IMG/VR virus record: IMGVR_UViG_3300045988_069513
Location: 1 to 42,906 of that record
Source of the DNA: a virus
Length of the DNA: 42,906 bases
Direction: 5' to 3' (one strand)
Under the pieces are notes generated by a model that saw only the letters and a list, made by a program, of their open reading frames with translations, had not been told where the DNA came from and searched no databases. This document shows, piece after piece, positions 30,349 through 39,962 of the stretch. The position numbers and the translations under genes are program-made. Position 1 is the first letter of the stretch. Each line of letters starts with the position of its first letter.

Positions 30349-31754
30349 AGCCTTTGATCTTCAAACATCTGCGAGAGGAAGTACCGAACCCCAAGCAGAT
30401 CGAGTTCTTCAAGGCGCAGGCCAAGCACATAGGCTACGGCGGCGCGAGAGGCGGCGGCAAGAGCTGGAGTGGTCGGCGTAAGGGTGTAATGCTCTGCATG
30501 AATTACGAAGGGCTCAAAGGGCTGCTGTTGCGCCGCACAATGCCTGAGCTGCGGAGCAACCACATTATCCCGCTTATGCGCGAGCTATACGGCTACGCCA
30601 AGTATAACAGCGACCAGCGCGCCTTCCTCTTCCCCAACGACAGCCGGTTTATGATGGGCTACTGCGACAACGAGGGGGATCTGCTCCAATACCAGGGCCA
30701 GGAGTTCGACTTTATCATCTTTGAGGAGGCGACACAGTTCCCGGAAGAGTGGATCACGTTCATCTGCACCTCGCTGCGTACCACCAGGACGGACTTCAAA
30801 CCCCGCGTGTACTACACCATGAACCCTGGTGGGGTAGGTCACGAGTACATCAAGCGGATCTTCATTGACCGCAACTATAAGGACGGCGAGAACCCGGAGG
30901 ACTATGTGTTCATTCAGGCCACGGTCTACGACAACAAGGTGCTGATGGACGCGAACCCGGAGTACATAGACATGCTGAAGGCTCTGCCGGAGCACAAGCG
31001 CAGGGCGCACCTGGACGGCTGCTGGGACGTGTACGAGGGGCAGGTGTTCGAGGAGTTCCGGAATGACCCGGAGCACTACGATGACCGGCTATGGACGCAC
31101 GTGATCGAGCCGTTTGATATACCGGCGACATGGCCGATCTGGCGCAGCTTTGACTTTGGCTACAGCAAGCCGTTCTCCTGTGCCTGGTGGGCGGTGGATT
31201 ATGACGGGCGGCTGTACCGGATCCTGGAGCTGTACGGCTGTGTGCCCAATGAGCCGGACACCGGTGTCAAGTGGAGCCCGGACGATATATTCCGGGAGAT
31301 CCACCGGATCGAGGAAGAACATCGGTGGCTGAAGGGCAAGCACATCCAGGGTGTAGCTGACCCTGCCATATGGGACGCCTCGCATGGTGTGAGCATTGCA
31401 GAGACCGCAGAGAAGCAGCGGGTCTACTTTGAGCCAGGCGACCACAAGCGCCTGCCCGGCTGGATGCAGATGCACTACAGGCTGCAGTTCGACGAGGACG
31501 GCGTCCCCATGATGTACATCTTCTCCAACTGCAAGGCGTTCATTCGCACAATCCCGCTGCTCACCTATGACGAGCACAAGCCGGAGGACATCGACACAAA
31601 GCAAGAGGATCATGTGGCCGACGAGGCGCGTTATCTGTGCATGGCTAACCCCATGAAGCCTGTAAAGGTGAAAGAGCGCAAGCCTGCTGTCTACGATCCT
31701 CTGGCGGATGATGAGCAAACCGTGGATCGGTACGCATTCTACAGGAAGTATTAA
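30336..31754 (+). CDS. terL: Terminase large subunit (472 aa)
   Basis: Walker A-like GYGGARGGGKSW and Walker B FDFIIFEEA, with a C-terminal nuclease-type region. Followed by the portal gene. Confidence 0.85.
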   Translation: MGEVEPLIFKHLREEVPNPKQIEFFKAQAKHIGYGGARGGGKSWSGRRKGVMLCMNYEGLKGLLLRRTMPELRSNHIIPLMRELYGYAKYNSDQRAFLFPNDSRFMMGYCDNEGDLLQYQGQEFDFIIFEEATQFPEEWITFICTSLRTTRTDFKPRVYYTMNPGGVGHEYIKRIFIDRNYKDGENPEDYVFIQATVYDNKVLMDANPEYIDMLKALPEHKRRAHLDGCWDVYEGQVFEEFRNDPEHYDDRLWTHVIEPFDIPATWPIWRSFDFGYSKPFSCAWWAVDYDGRLYRILELYGCVPNEPDTGVKWSPDDIFREIHRIEEEHRWLKGKHIQGVADPAIWDASHGVSIAETAEKQRVYFEPGDHKRLPGWMQMHYRLQFDEDGVPMMYIFSNCKAFIRTIPLLTYDEHKPEDIDTKQEDHVADEARYLCMANPMKPVKVKERKPAVYDPLADDEQTVDRYAFYRKY

Positions 31755-31765
31755 GGAGGCGACGT

Positions 31766-33772
31766 ATGCCGGATATGAATACGCCCAACGCAAAGGGCAA
31801 GACCATCAAGGACTATCTTCCCCTGGCGGCACAGAAGCTGATGGGCAGAGGCCCGCAGAGAGCGCAGCAGGAGGAAGAAGCAGTCAGAGCCGATACAAGT
31901 CCTGCTATCGACAAAAAGGTGCTGGAGAAGGTCATGCAGACTCTCAAGGACTACAAGGCAGGCAAGGCTAATCTGGAGGCGCGGATCGTGGAAGAGGAGC
32001 GCTGGTGGAAGCTGCGCCACTGGGACATTATCCGCGGGCACAAGAGCGGGCAGATCAAGGGCGAAGAGGAGCGGCCTGAGCCTATTTCTGCATGGCTGTT
32101 TAACTCCATTGCCAATAAGCACGCTGATTTCATGGACAACTTCCCGGAGCCCAACGTGCTGCCGCGGGAGCTGAACGACGAGCAGGACGCCCAGGCGCTG
32201 TCCTCCATCCTGCCGGTGATCTTTGAGCGCAACGAGTACGAGCAGACCTACTCCCGTGCTGCGTGGTACAAGCTGAAGCATGGCGTTGTGGCAAAGGGTG
32301 TGTTCTGGAACAACGCCCTGGAGAACGGACTGGGCGACATCGACATCCGGTTCATTGACGTGCTCAACCTGTTCTGGGAGCCGGGCATCACGGATCTGCA
32401 GGTCTCCCGCAATCTGTTCAACGTGGATCTGGTGGACAACGATCTGCTGGAGCAGAGATACCCGCAGCTCAAAAACAAGCTGGGCGGTCAGGTGATCGAC
32501 GTAAAGCAGTACGTCTACGATGACAACGTGGACGTGAGCAAGAAGTCCCTTGTGGTGGACTGGTACTACAAGAAGCAGACGCCGGAAGGCAAGGACATTC
32601 TGCATCTGTGCAAGTTCGTGGGCAGTGAGGTGCTGTTTGCCTCGGAGAACGAGCCGGACAAGTACCCTGACGGCTTCTATGCACACGGCAAGTACCCCAT
32701 CGAGCTGGACGTGCTGTTCCCGGAGGAAGGCACCCCTACCGGCTTTGGCTACATTGCCATTATGAAGTCCCCCCAGCTCTACATTGACAAGCTCTCCCAG
32801 GTCATTCTGGAAAATACGATGATGAGCGCAAAGGTGCGCTTCCTGTGCAAGAAGGGCAGCGGCATCAATGAGGAGGAGTTCCTGGACTGGAGCAAGCCTC
32901 TGGCGCATTACGAGGGCGATCCCAACAATATCATTCCCATCAAGGTGGAGCAGGTGGGCACCAACGTGCTGAACGTGCTGCAGATGAAGATCGACGAGCT
33001 GAAGGAGACCTCCTCCAACCGCGACGTATCGCAGGGCAGCTCCTCCGGCGGTGTCACCGCTGCGGCAGCCATTGCGGCGCTGCAGGAGGCAGGCAACAAG
33101 ACCTCCAGAGACATGATCTCCGCTGCTTATCGCTCCTACACGCAGGAGTGCTACCTGGCTATTGAGCTGATCCGTCAGTTCTACGATGATACCCGCTCCT
33201 TCCGCATTACCGGCGAGACGGGGTATGAGTTCGTGCAGTACAACAACGCCACCATCAAGGGGCAGGCTATTCCTCCTGCATTCGCCGGACAGGCAATGAT
33301 GCCGGGATATACGCCCGCCATGCGTGTGCCGGTGTTCGACGTTGTGGTACGGCCTCAGAAGCGCAGTCCCTACAGCAAGATGGCGCAGAACGAGCTTGCT
33401 AAGGAGCTGTACCAGCTGGGCTTCTTCAATCCGCAGCTGGCAGAGCAGAGCATGACCGCCCTGGAGCTGATGGACTTTGACGGTGAGGAGAAGGTCAAGG
33501 AAAAGGTACAGCAGGGACAGACCTTGCTGAACCAAATGACCATGATGCAGCAGCAGATGCAGAAGATGGGCATCATCATTTACAAGCTCACCGGCAACGA
33601 TGTTCTGGGCCTCCTTGACGGCCAGAACGCTCCTGCGCCCCAGGTGGCGCGGGAAGGCAGCGCAGAGGGCAAGAGCATGGGGAGCGCGGCAACAGACGCC
33701 GCCAAGGCCACCATGACGAGCTACGGGGAGCGGCTGGCATCGAGAGCCAAGCCAGACATGAATAACACATGA
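31766..33772 (+). CDS. Portal protein (668 aa)
   Basis: Size and position directly after TerL, with AAGGAGG RBS. The family call is by synteny and general resemblance. Confidence 0.75.
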   Translation: MPDMNTPNAKGKTIKDYLPLAAQKLMGRGPQRAQQEEEAVRADTSPAIDKKVLEKVMQTLKDYKAGKANLEARIVEEERWWKLRHWDIIRGHKSGQIKGEEERPEPISAWLFNSIANKHADFMDNFPEPNVLPRELNDEQDAQALSSILPVIFERNEYEQTYSRAAWYKLKHGVVAKGVFWNNALENGLGDIDIRFIDVLNLFWEPGITDLQVSRNLFNVDLVDNDLLEQRYPQLKNKLGGQVIDVKQYVYDDNVDVSKKSLVVDWYYKKQTPEGKDILHLCKFVGSEVLFASENEPDKYPDGFYAHGKYPIELDVLFPEEGTPTGFGYIAIMKSPQLYIDKLSQVILENTMMSAKVRFLCKKGSGINEEEFLDWSKPLAHYEGDPNNIIPIKVEQVGTNVLNVLQMKIDELKETSSNRDVSQGSSSGGVTAAAAIAALQEAGNKTSRDMISAAYRSYTQECYLAIELIRQFYDDTRSFRITGETGYEFVQYNNATIKGQAIPPAFAGQAMMPGYTPAMRVPVFDVVVRPQKRSPYSKMAQNELAKELYQLGFFNPQLAEQSMTALELMDFDGEEKVKEKVQQGQTLLNQMTMMQQQMQKMGIIIYKLTGNDVLGLLDGQNAPAPQVAREGSAEGKSMGSAATDAAKATMTSYGERLASRAKPDMNNT

Positions 33773-34089
33773 TCCGGGCGAAGTACAGCACAGACGGCGA
33801 GAGCCATTCCCTTGTGATGGCAGGGCACGCCGGGTATGCGGATAAGGGCGACGACATTGTGTGCTCTGCGGTGTCGTCCCTGATATACGCCCTCCTGGGA
33901 TGGCTGGAGAACAACCCCGAGGACTTGGAGTGGAGCAATGCAAGCGTGGACAGCGGAGACGTGCATATCGTCTGCTTTGGCGGGGAGCGCACGTCTGCCG
34001 TGTTCGATATGACCGCCATCGGTCTGGAGCAGATCGCAATGAAGTATCCGGACTGTTTGGAGATTGAAATAGCCGGTATTGCCGGATGA
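33769..34089 (+). CDS. prp: Prp-family cysteine protease (ribosomal-processing protease homologue; prohead protease candidate), 106 aa
   Basis: The His/Cys dyad context AGHAGYADKGDDIVCSAVSSL matches Prp (GHA...DIVCAxVS). Sits between portal and scaffold. Confidence 0.75.
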   Translation: MIRAKYSTDGESHSLVMAGHAGYADKGDDIVCSAVSSLIYALLGWLENNPEDLEWSNASVDSGDVHIVCFGGERTSAVFDMTAIGLEQIAMKYPDCLEIEIAGIAG

Positions 34090-34127
34090 CTCACGGGAAC
34101 AGACCGCGAAGAAAGGAGCATGAAACC

Positions 34128-35126
34128 ATGCACAAGAAAACCTTGCTTGACATCAACCTGAAACTGTTTGACGGCACAGCAGGCGGAGCTGCCCCTGCCG
34201 GGGGAGGCTCTGCACAGGGGATGGAAGGCGCAACGCCAAAGGCTGACGTGAAACTGCCCGGAAGCAGCCGCCGGGCAAAATCGGGCGCATATGACAACGT
34301 GGTGTTCGGAAAGCAGGAGGACGCTCCCGCTGCCGGCAACACTCCCGCCGCCGGGGAGGACAAGGGACAGGGCGTGTCCAAATCCGGAGTGTCTACCACT
34401 TCGGACGCTCTTGAAGCCAAGCGGAAAGCATTTAAGGAAATGATCGAAGGCGAGTACAAGGACGTGTACGCCGAGAATTTCCAGCAGGCTTTTAACCGCC
34501 GCTTCAAGGAAGTAAAGGGGATGGAGACCAGTCTAAGCGAGCAGAAGCCGATCCTGGATATGCTCATGCAGCGGTACAAGATCGCAGACGGCGACATGAC
34601 GAAGCTCCAGACCGCAATCGAGCAGGATGACCGTTATTATGAAGAAGCCGCGGACGAGGCCGGACTGACTGTAGAGCAGTTCAAGGCCATGCAGAAGCTG
34701 GAACGTGAGAACGCCGAGCTGAAGCTGCTGCGGCAGCGGCAGCAGGGCGAGCAGCAGGCGCAGCAGAAGCTCAACGAGTGGTACGCCGAGAGCGAGAAGG
34801 TGAAGGCGATCTACCCCACCTTTGACCTGAAGGCAGAGACCGCCAACCGCGATTTTGTTGGCCTACTGAAGTCCGGACTTAGCGTGCAGCAGGCATATGA
34901 GCTTGTGCACATGGAGGAGATCAAGGCAGGCGCTGCCCAGGCTGCGGCACAGACCGCCGGGGAGCAGATGAAAGCCAGGATCCAGTCCAGAGCCGCGAGA
35001 CCCGCAGAAAATGGTACGTCCTCTCAGGGTGCCGTAATCGTGAAGAGCGACGTCCACAACCTGACCCGCGCAGACCGTGCGGAGGCTGTGAGACGAGCAC
35101 AACGAGGGGAAACTATTCGCTGGTAA
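34128..35126 (+). CDS. Scaffolding protein (332 aa)
   Basis: GAAAGGAG RBS and ATG 34128. Ala/Gly-rich N-terminal region, then long charged coiled-coil segments (QRQQGEQQAQQKL). The N-terminus is MHKKTLLDINLKLFDG. Precedes the capsid gene. Confidence 0.7.
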   Translation: MHKKTLLDINLKLFDGTAGGAAPAGGGSAQGMEGATPKADVKLPGSSRRAKSGAYDNVVFGKQEDAPAAGNTPAAGEDKGQGVSKSGVSTTSDALEAKRKAFKEMIEGEYKDVYAENFQQAFNRRFKEVKGMETSLSEQKPILDMLMQRYKIADGDMTKLQTAIEQDDRYYEEAADEAGLTVEQFKAMQKLERENAELKLLRQRQQGEQQAQQKLNEWYAESEKVKAIYPTFDLKAETANRDFVGLLKSGLSVQQAYELVHMEEIKAGAAQAAAQTAGEQMKARIQSRAARPAENGTSSQGAVIVKSDVHNLTRADRAEAVRRAQRGETIRW

Positions 35127-35133
35127 GATTAGC

Positions 35134-35156
35134 TTCCCCTGCACATGAAAGGGGAA
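35134..35156 (+). other. Stem-loop between scaffold and capsid genes
   Basis: TTCCCCT - 9 nt - AGGGGAA. The 3' arm contains the capsid gene RBS (AAGGGGA). Confidence 0.4.
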
Positions 35157-35163
35157 ACCACAA

Positions 35164-36156
35164 ATGAGAAAACTTTACAATGTAAACCTGCAGCTTTTTG
35201 CAAACATGAACACCCAGACCACTCTTCTGAACGCCACGGGCACCAACGACCTGTCTCCCGAGATGAAGGTGTTCTACTCCGACTACCTGATCGACAACGC
35301 CGTGCCCAAGCTGGTGCACGATCAGTTCGGCCAGAAGCACCCCATTCCGAAAAATGGCGGTAAGACCATCGAGTTCCGGAAGTACAGCCCCCTGCCCAAG
35401 ATGCTGACTCCTCTGACCGAGGGCGTCACTCCTGACGGCCAGAGCCTCAATGTGACCACCATCGAGGCGACCGTGGCTCAGTACGGCGGCTACGTGACCC
35501 TGTCCGATATGCTGCTGCTGACCGCCATTGACAACAACCTGGTGCAGGCTACCAAGCTCCTGGGCAACCAGGCCGGTGCTACCCTGGACACTATCACCCG
35601 CGAAGTGCTCAACGGCGGCACCAACGTTATCTACTCCGGCGGCAACGAGGACCGGTCCGGCCTGTCCGGCGCAGGCGACAAGCTGACCGTGCAGGACATC
35701 AAAAAGGCAGCCCGCGCTCTGAAAACCCAGAACGCCGAGAAGATCGGTGACAGCTTTGTGGCCATCATCCATCCCGACGTGTCCTTTGACCTGACCAACG
35801 ATCCCGAGTGGAAGGACGTGCGTACCTACTGCGACCCCAAGGACTGGTACGAGGGCGAGATCGGCAAGATCGCCGGTGTCCGCTTCGTGGAAACCACCGA
35901 GGCCAAGATTTTCAAGGACAATGGCGTTTCCATCTACTCCACCCTGGTTCTGGCTGACAACGCCTACGGTGTTACCGAGATCGAAGGCGGCGGCCTGCAG
36001 CACATCGTGAAGCAGCTGGGCTCTGCCGGTACTGCTGACGCCCTGGATCAGAGAGCAACCGTTGGCTGGAAGGCCACCAAGGTTGCTGAGCGTCTGGTGG
36101 AGCAGTTCATGGTTCGTATCGAGTCCTGCAGCACCTTCAACGCAGACCTGAACTAA
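35164..36156 (+). CDS. Major capsid protein, HK97-fold (resembles the N4 gp56-like family by recollection), 330 aa
   Basis: GGKTIEFRKYSPLPK...LTEGVTPDGQSL...ATVAQYGGYVTLSD...LLGNQAGATLDTITREVL pattern. The N-terminus is MRKLYNVNLQLFAN. Follows the scaffold gene. Confidence 0.8.
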   Translation: MRKLYNVNLQLFANMNTQTTLLNATGTNDLSPEMKVFYSDYLIDNAVPKLVHDQFGQKHPIPKNGGKTIEFRKYSPLPKMLTPLTEGVTPDGQSLNVTTIEATVAQYGGYVTLSDMLLLTAIDNNLVQATKLLGNQAGATLDTITREVLNGGTNVIYSGGNEDRSGLSGAGDKLTVQDIKKAARALKTQNAEKIGDSFVAIIHPDVSFDLTNDPEWKDVRTYCDPKDWYEGEIGKIAGVRFVETTEAKIFKDNGVSIYSTLVLADNAYGVTEIEGGGLQHIVKQLGSAGTADALDQRATVGWKATKVAERLVEQFMVRIESCSTFNADLN

Positions 36157-36192
36157 TGTCATTCTTCCTCTCAGAGGATAGATAGGCATAAA

Positions 36193-36223
36193 GGGGAGGG
36201 GAGTTACCTCCTCTCCCCTCCCT
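36193..36223 (+). other. GC-rich stem-loop after the capsid gene (partial terminator or mRNA stabiliser candidate)
   Basis: GGGAGGGGAG (36194-36203) pairs with CTCCCCTCCC (36213-36222). No T-tract follows. Confidence 0.5.
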
Positions 36224-36244
36224 GAAACAAAAGGAGGATTTATC

Positions 36245-36655
36245 ATGGCTACCGAAAAGAAACCCGTGGCAAAAGAGCAGACCCTGGCAGATATGCAGGC
36301 CGAGATCAAGGCCATGCTTGCAGAGGCGCAGGCTGCCCGTGACGAGGCAAAGAAGCTCCTGGACGAAGCCAAGGAGACCGCCGGGAAGAAGTCCGGCCAG
36401 ACCCCCGAGGAAAAGGCTGCCGCCAAGGCCCGCGCCAATGAGCTGGTGGAGGTCAAGCTGTTCAAGGACGCCAACAAGTACAAGGATGACATGTTTGTTG
36501 GCGTAAACGGCGAAAACGTGGTCATTAAGCGCGGCGAGCGTGTGAAGATCAAGCGCAAGTACGCTGAAGTGCTGGACAACAGCGACCGCCAGGACTACGA
36601 GACCGCAATGCTCATTGAGGCCAAGACCAGTGAGTTTGCCAAGAGCGGCCTGTAA
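36245..36655 (+). CDS. Hypothetical head-associated protein (136 aa)
   Basis: AAGGAGGA RBS. Charged helical N-terminus followed by a beta-rich C-terminus. Position after the capsid gene. Confidence 0.6.
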   Translation: MATEKKPVAKEQTLADMQAEIKAMLAEAQAARDEAKKLLDEAKETAGKKSGQTPEEKAAAKARANELVEVKLFKDANKYKDDMFVGVNGENVVIKRGERVKIKRKYAEVLDNSDRQDYETAMLIEAKTSEFAKSGL

Positions 36656-36697
36656 CTGAATATTCCGCGATAAAGAGCAAGGGCTCTATGACACGGC

Positions 36698-36735
36698 ATA
36701 GGGAGACACGTCACAGCGTCTCCCTATTCTTATAG
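36698..36735 (+). terminator. Stem-loop or weak terminator between head and fibre modules
   Basis: ATAGGGAGAC (36698-36707) pairs perfectly with GTCTCCCTAT (36718-36727), followed by TCTTAT. Confidence 0.5.
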
Positions 36736-36747
36736 CGAGGTGACAAT

Positions 36748-37023
36748 ATGGCAGACGCAATACGGTTCCGCTCCGGCAACAAGGACGGTATGCCGCACCT
36801 GGCAGACCGGGAGCCTGCCTATGTGAGAGACGAGAACGCCTTCTACATCGGCACGCCGGCGGGGAATAAGAAGGTCGGCGCAGAGGAGCTGGAAAAGAAG
36901 CTGACAGCACGCCCTGCGGCTTCCCAGGCGGCTCTGGCTGCCGAAGCAACGCTGACCCAGGTGATCGAGGCGCACAATGCGCTGATCGCTGCGCTGAAGG
37001 CCGGCGGGATCATGAGTAACTGA
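36748..37023 (+). CDS. Small tail-fibre-associated protein with FR(R/S)G-type N-terminal fibre motif (91 aa)
   Basis: IRFRSGNKDGMPHLADREPAYVRDENAFYIGT resembles the N-terminal motif of phage fibre and hyaluronidase-type proteins (also seen at the Mtd N-terminus). Confidence 0.55.
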   Translation: MADAIRFRSGNKDGMPHLADREPAYVRDENAFYIGTPAGNKKVGAEELEKKLTARPAASQAALAAEATLTQVIEAHNALIAALKAGGIMSN

Positions 37024-37034
37024 GAGGTGAGACA

Positions 37035-39272
37035 GTGGATAGAATTATCGAGGTAAAGGTAAACGGCAACCGCCTCACAAAAGATAACCGATATGCCGGT
37101 GTGCAGGGAGAGTCCAACGTGACGTCCCTGCGGATCGAGTTTGACGCAGGCTGGGACGGCTACGCCAAGAAGGTAACGTTCTGGAACGCCCTGGGGGAGA
37201 ACCCCGTGGAGCGTACCCTGACCACCAACCTGCTGGAGGACATCACCAAGAGCACACGGATCTACCTGTGCCCCATTCCCGGTGAGCCCCTGGAACACGC
37301 CGGAGACATTGACTTTGTCGTTGACGGCTACATGGACGGCAAGCGGCAGAGAAGCGCAGGCGACAAGCTGACGGTGAAGCCTTCCCCTTATACGGACAAC
37401 GCAGGAGAGCCTGCAGATCCCACGCCCACACAGGCGGAACAGCTCCAGGGGGAAATTGACCAGATTATCGGCACAATCCAGGAGGCAACACAGTCCGCGG
37501 CTGCGGCAGCGGCCTCTGAGGCGGCGGCTAAGGCCAGCGAGGAAGCAGCCGAGGACAGCGCTGACAGCGCGGGGAATGACGCCCGTGTGGCCGCAGAGAG
37601 CGCGAGAACGGCGAAGGAATACAGCGGCAACCCGCCAATCATCCAGAACGCAACGTGGTGGATATGGGATGCAGAGGCAAAGGCATACGTTGACACCGGC
37701 GAGACCGCCTCCGCCGTAGCGGTAGAAGCAAACGGCCTGTGGGGCGTTGATGTGGTGGAGGATGACCTGGTTCTTTTCTATACCGGGAATGAAGCGCCGC
37801 CCCTGGCGGTGGAAGACGGCGAGCTTATCAGCGAGTTTTCCGGTGCCAGAGTCAACCTTGGCAACGTACAGGGCCCGCAGGGTGAACGCGGCCCCATCGG
37901 CGTGAGAGGCCCGAAGGGCGAGCCTGGCGTGTACTACGGCACGGAAGAGCCTGCAGACCCGGACATTACCGTGTGGATCAACCCGGACGGCGATGAGACA
38001 ACCCTCGTGGATGAGGAAGTGAAAGACATCCGTGTGGGTTATGACGGCACGGAATACCCCACGGCAGGAGAAGCAGTCCGCAGCCAGGCGGAGACCGCAG
38101 TCCGCTATGTTGCGCAGACATTGACTATGGAACAGCAGGAGCAGGCGAGGAACAATATCGGCGCATTTGACGGTGTTGTGTTAAGCGCAAGCGGTGAGGT
38201 TATCCGTGTGGCAGACAGCGCAGAACGCCCGTTGAAGGGGCTGCGGCTGTTCGGCAAGACCACGCAGGACGGAACACCCACACCGGACACACCTATTGAG
38301 CTGGTCAGCGTGGGCAGCGGCGGGACTGTGGAAGTTACGGTGGCGGGGAAGAACCTGTGGGACGAGCAGGTTCGTGTTGGCCACTATTCCGACACAACAG
38401 GCGAACCGGCTACAAATAACGCCATTGCCTCTGCCAATCCTATCTCCGTGACTTCTGGAATGGTGTTGTACAATTCCGGCTCTGTTACCTTATACGCATG
38501 CTTCTATGATGCCGATGGGAAATGGATTGCTCCACAAGTTGTATTTAATGTGGGGCAAAGTGTTACAGTCCCCACGAACGCTAAGACTATGCACTTCAAC
38601 ATCTCCAGCTCGTATGGTACAACTTATAAAAATGACATCTGCATCGCATTGGAAGCAACAACATACGAGCCGCACAAGGAACAAACCCTCACCGTCCAGA
38701 CCCCCAACGGTCTACCGGGTATTCCTGTCACTAGCGGCGGCAACTACACCGACGAGAACGGACAGCAATGGGTTTGTGACGAGGTGGACTTCGCCCGGGG
38801 CGTGTTGGTACATAGAGTTGTAAAAGTGGCACCTACCCAAGCGAGTGAGGGAGTCGGGCAACATTCCAACGGGACGAAGTATGTTGAAACCTCCGCAAAT
38901 GGTGTGGTTGGCGGAAAGGCACCGGTATCAACGCATTATGCGGGTGCAGGATGGACTATGAATAATAACCATGCGTACCAACTTGTCAACAAAGTCATTG
39001 TAAATGATAACCGTTTTACGGATTTGTCTACTGCAAACGCAATACTGGCAGCGGAAAAACCGGAGTTTATCTGTATCCTTGCAGAACCCATTGAAACGCC
39101 GTTGTCTGCTGAGGAACTGGCTGCATATCGTGCATTGCACAGCAATTATCCCAACACCACCGTGGTCAACGGCGACGGAGCCGGGATGGAGCTGTCCTAT
39201 GTGGCAGACACCAAAAACTACATCGACAACAAGTTCGCCGCACTTGCAGCATCGCTTGCACAAAACAGTTAA
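37035..39272 (+). CDS. Tail fibre / receptor-binding protein: BppU-like N-terminus, Ala-rich coiled coil, collagen-like segment (745 aa)
   Basis: GTG start with GAGAGG RBS. N-terminal AGVQGESNVTSLRIEFDAGWDGYAKKVTFWN resembles the BppU N domain. GPQGERGPIGVRGPKGEPG lies at 37872-37928. Confidence 0.7.
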   Translation: MDRIIEVKVNGNRLTKDNRYAGVQGESNVTSLRIEFDAGWDGYAKKVTFWNALGENPVERTLTTNLLEDITKSTRIYLCPIPGEPLEHAGDIDFVVDGYMDGKRQRSAGDKLTVKPSPYTDNAGEPADPTPTQAEQLQGEIDQIIGTIQEATQSAAAAAASEAAAKASEEAAEDSADSAGNDARVAAESARTAKEYSGNPPIIQNATWWIWDAEAKAYVDTGETASAVAVEANGLWGVDVVEDDLVLFYTGNEAPPLAVEDGELISEFSGARVNLGNVQGPQGERGPIGVRGPKGEPGVYYGTEEPADPDITVWINPDGDETTLVDEEVKDIRVGYDGTEYPTAGEAVRSQAETAVRYVAQTLTMEQQEQARNNIGAFDGVVLSASGEVIRVADSAERPLKGLRLFGKTTQDGTPTPDTPIELVSVGSGGTVEVTVAGKNLWDEQVRVGHYSDTTGEPATNNAIASANPISVTSGMVLYNSGSVTLYACFYDADGKWIAPQVVFNVGQSVTVPTNAKTMHFNISSSYGTTYKNDICIALEATTYEPHKEQTLTVQTPNGLPGIPVTSGGNYTDENGQQWVCDEVDFARGVLVHRVVKVAPTQASEGVGQHSNGTKYVETSANGVVGGKAPVSTHYAGAGWTMNNNHAYQLVNKVIVNDNRFTDLSTANAILAAEKPEFICILAEPIETPLSAEELAAYRALHSNYPNTTVVNGDGAGMELSYVADTKNYIDNKFAALAASLAQNS

Positions 39273-39284
39273 GGAGGTGGCACT

Positions 39285-39962
39285 GTGGCAGGCATTTTAC
39301 AGGTAAAAGACAAGCACGGGCGCTGGGTAGGCATACCCGCCATCGTTGGCCCGCAAGGCCCGCAAGGCCCGCAGGGGCCCGCAGGAACCGGCACGGGCGA
39401 TATGCTGGCCTCTGTGTACGATCCGCAGGGGAAGGCGCAGGACGTGTACCGGTACGCAGATAACGCTGCCGCCGACGCTGTTGCGAAAACAGGCGACACG
39501 ATGTCCGGCCCCCTGCGGCTTCAGCCGGACGGCGTGGAAGGGTATTCCCAGGTGAAGAAGAACGCGACAGCAGAAGGAGACTGGGGTCTGCAGCTCCAGG
39601 ACACAGCCGCAGACGGCTCCTTTATGGGGATGACCATTTGCGCGGCGAGTCAAAAGCTGGAGTTCAAGAAGAAGGCCGCCGGCGACGCGGAATACTCTTA
39701 TCCGAGGATTTACAGCTCCGACAATCCGCCCGAGCCAGACGAGGTGAACGCCGTTCCGATTTGGGGCGGAGAAATGACCGGGCCGCTCACCCTCTCCGGA
39801 AACCCCACCAGCGCATTTCAGGCGGCGACCAAGCGCTATGTGGACAACACGGTGGAGGAAGCGAAGCCGGAGCTGATGCCCGCGAGCCAGTTTGACGCCA
39901 AAACACAAGCGGACTGGGAGGGCTATCTCGAAGAAGGCCAGATCGTTTGGAGGTTGGGATAA
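39285..39962 (+). CDS. Collagen-like tail fibre protein (225 aa)
   Basis: AAGGAGG with GTG 39285. G-X-Y run GPQGPQGPQGPAGTGTG at 39348-39398. Confidence 0.7.
   Translation: MAGILQVKDKHGRWVGIPAIVGPQGPQGPQGPAGTGTGDMLASVYDPQGKAQDVYRYADNAAADAVAKTGDTMSGPLRLQPDGVEGYSQVKKNATAEGDWGLQLQDTAADGSFMGMTICAASQKLEFKKKAAGDAEYSYPRIYSSDNPPEPDEVNAVPIWGGEMTGPLTLSGNPTSAFQAATKRYVDNTVEEAKPELMPASQFDAKTQADWEGYLEEGQIVWRLG

Noticed and set aside
36748-39272. Possible diversity-generating retroelement, because the small fibre protein has an Mtd-like FRSG N-terminal motif next to receptor-binding genes.
   Set aside because: The complete circular genome has no reverse transcriptase ORF, and I could see no template/variable repeat pair with adenine-specific differences.
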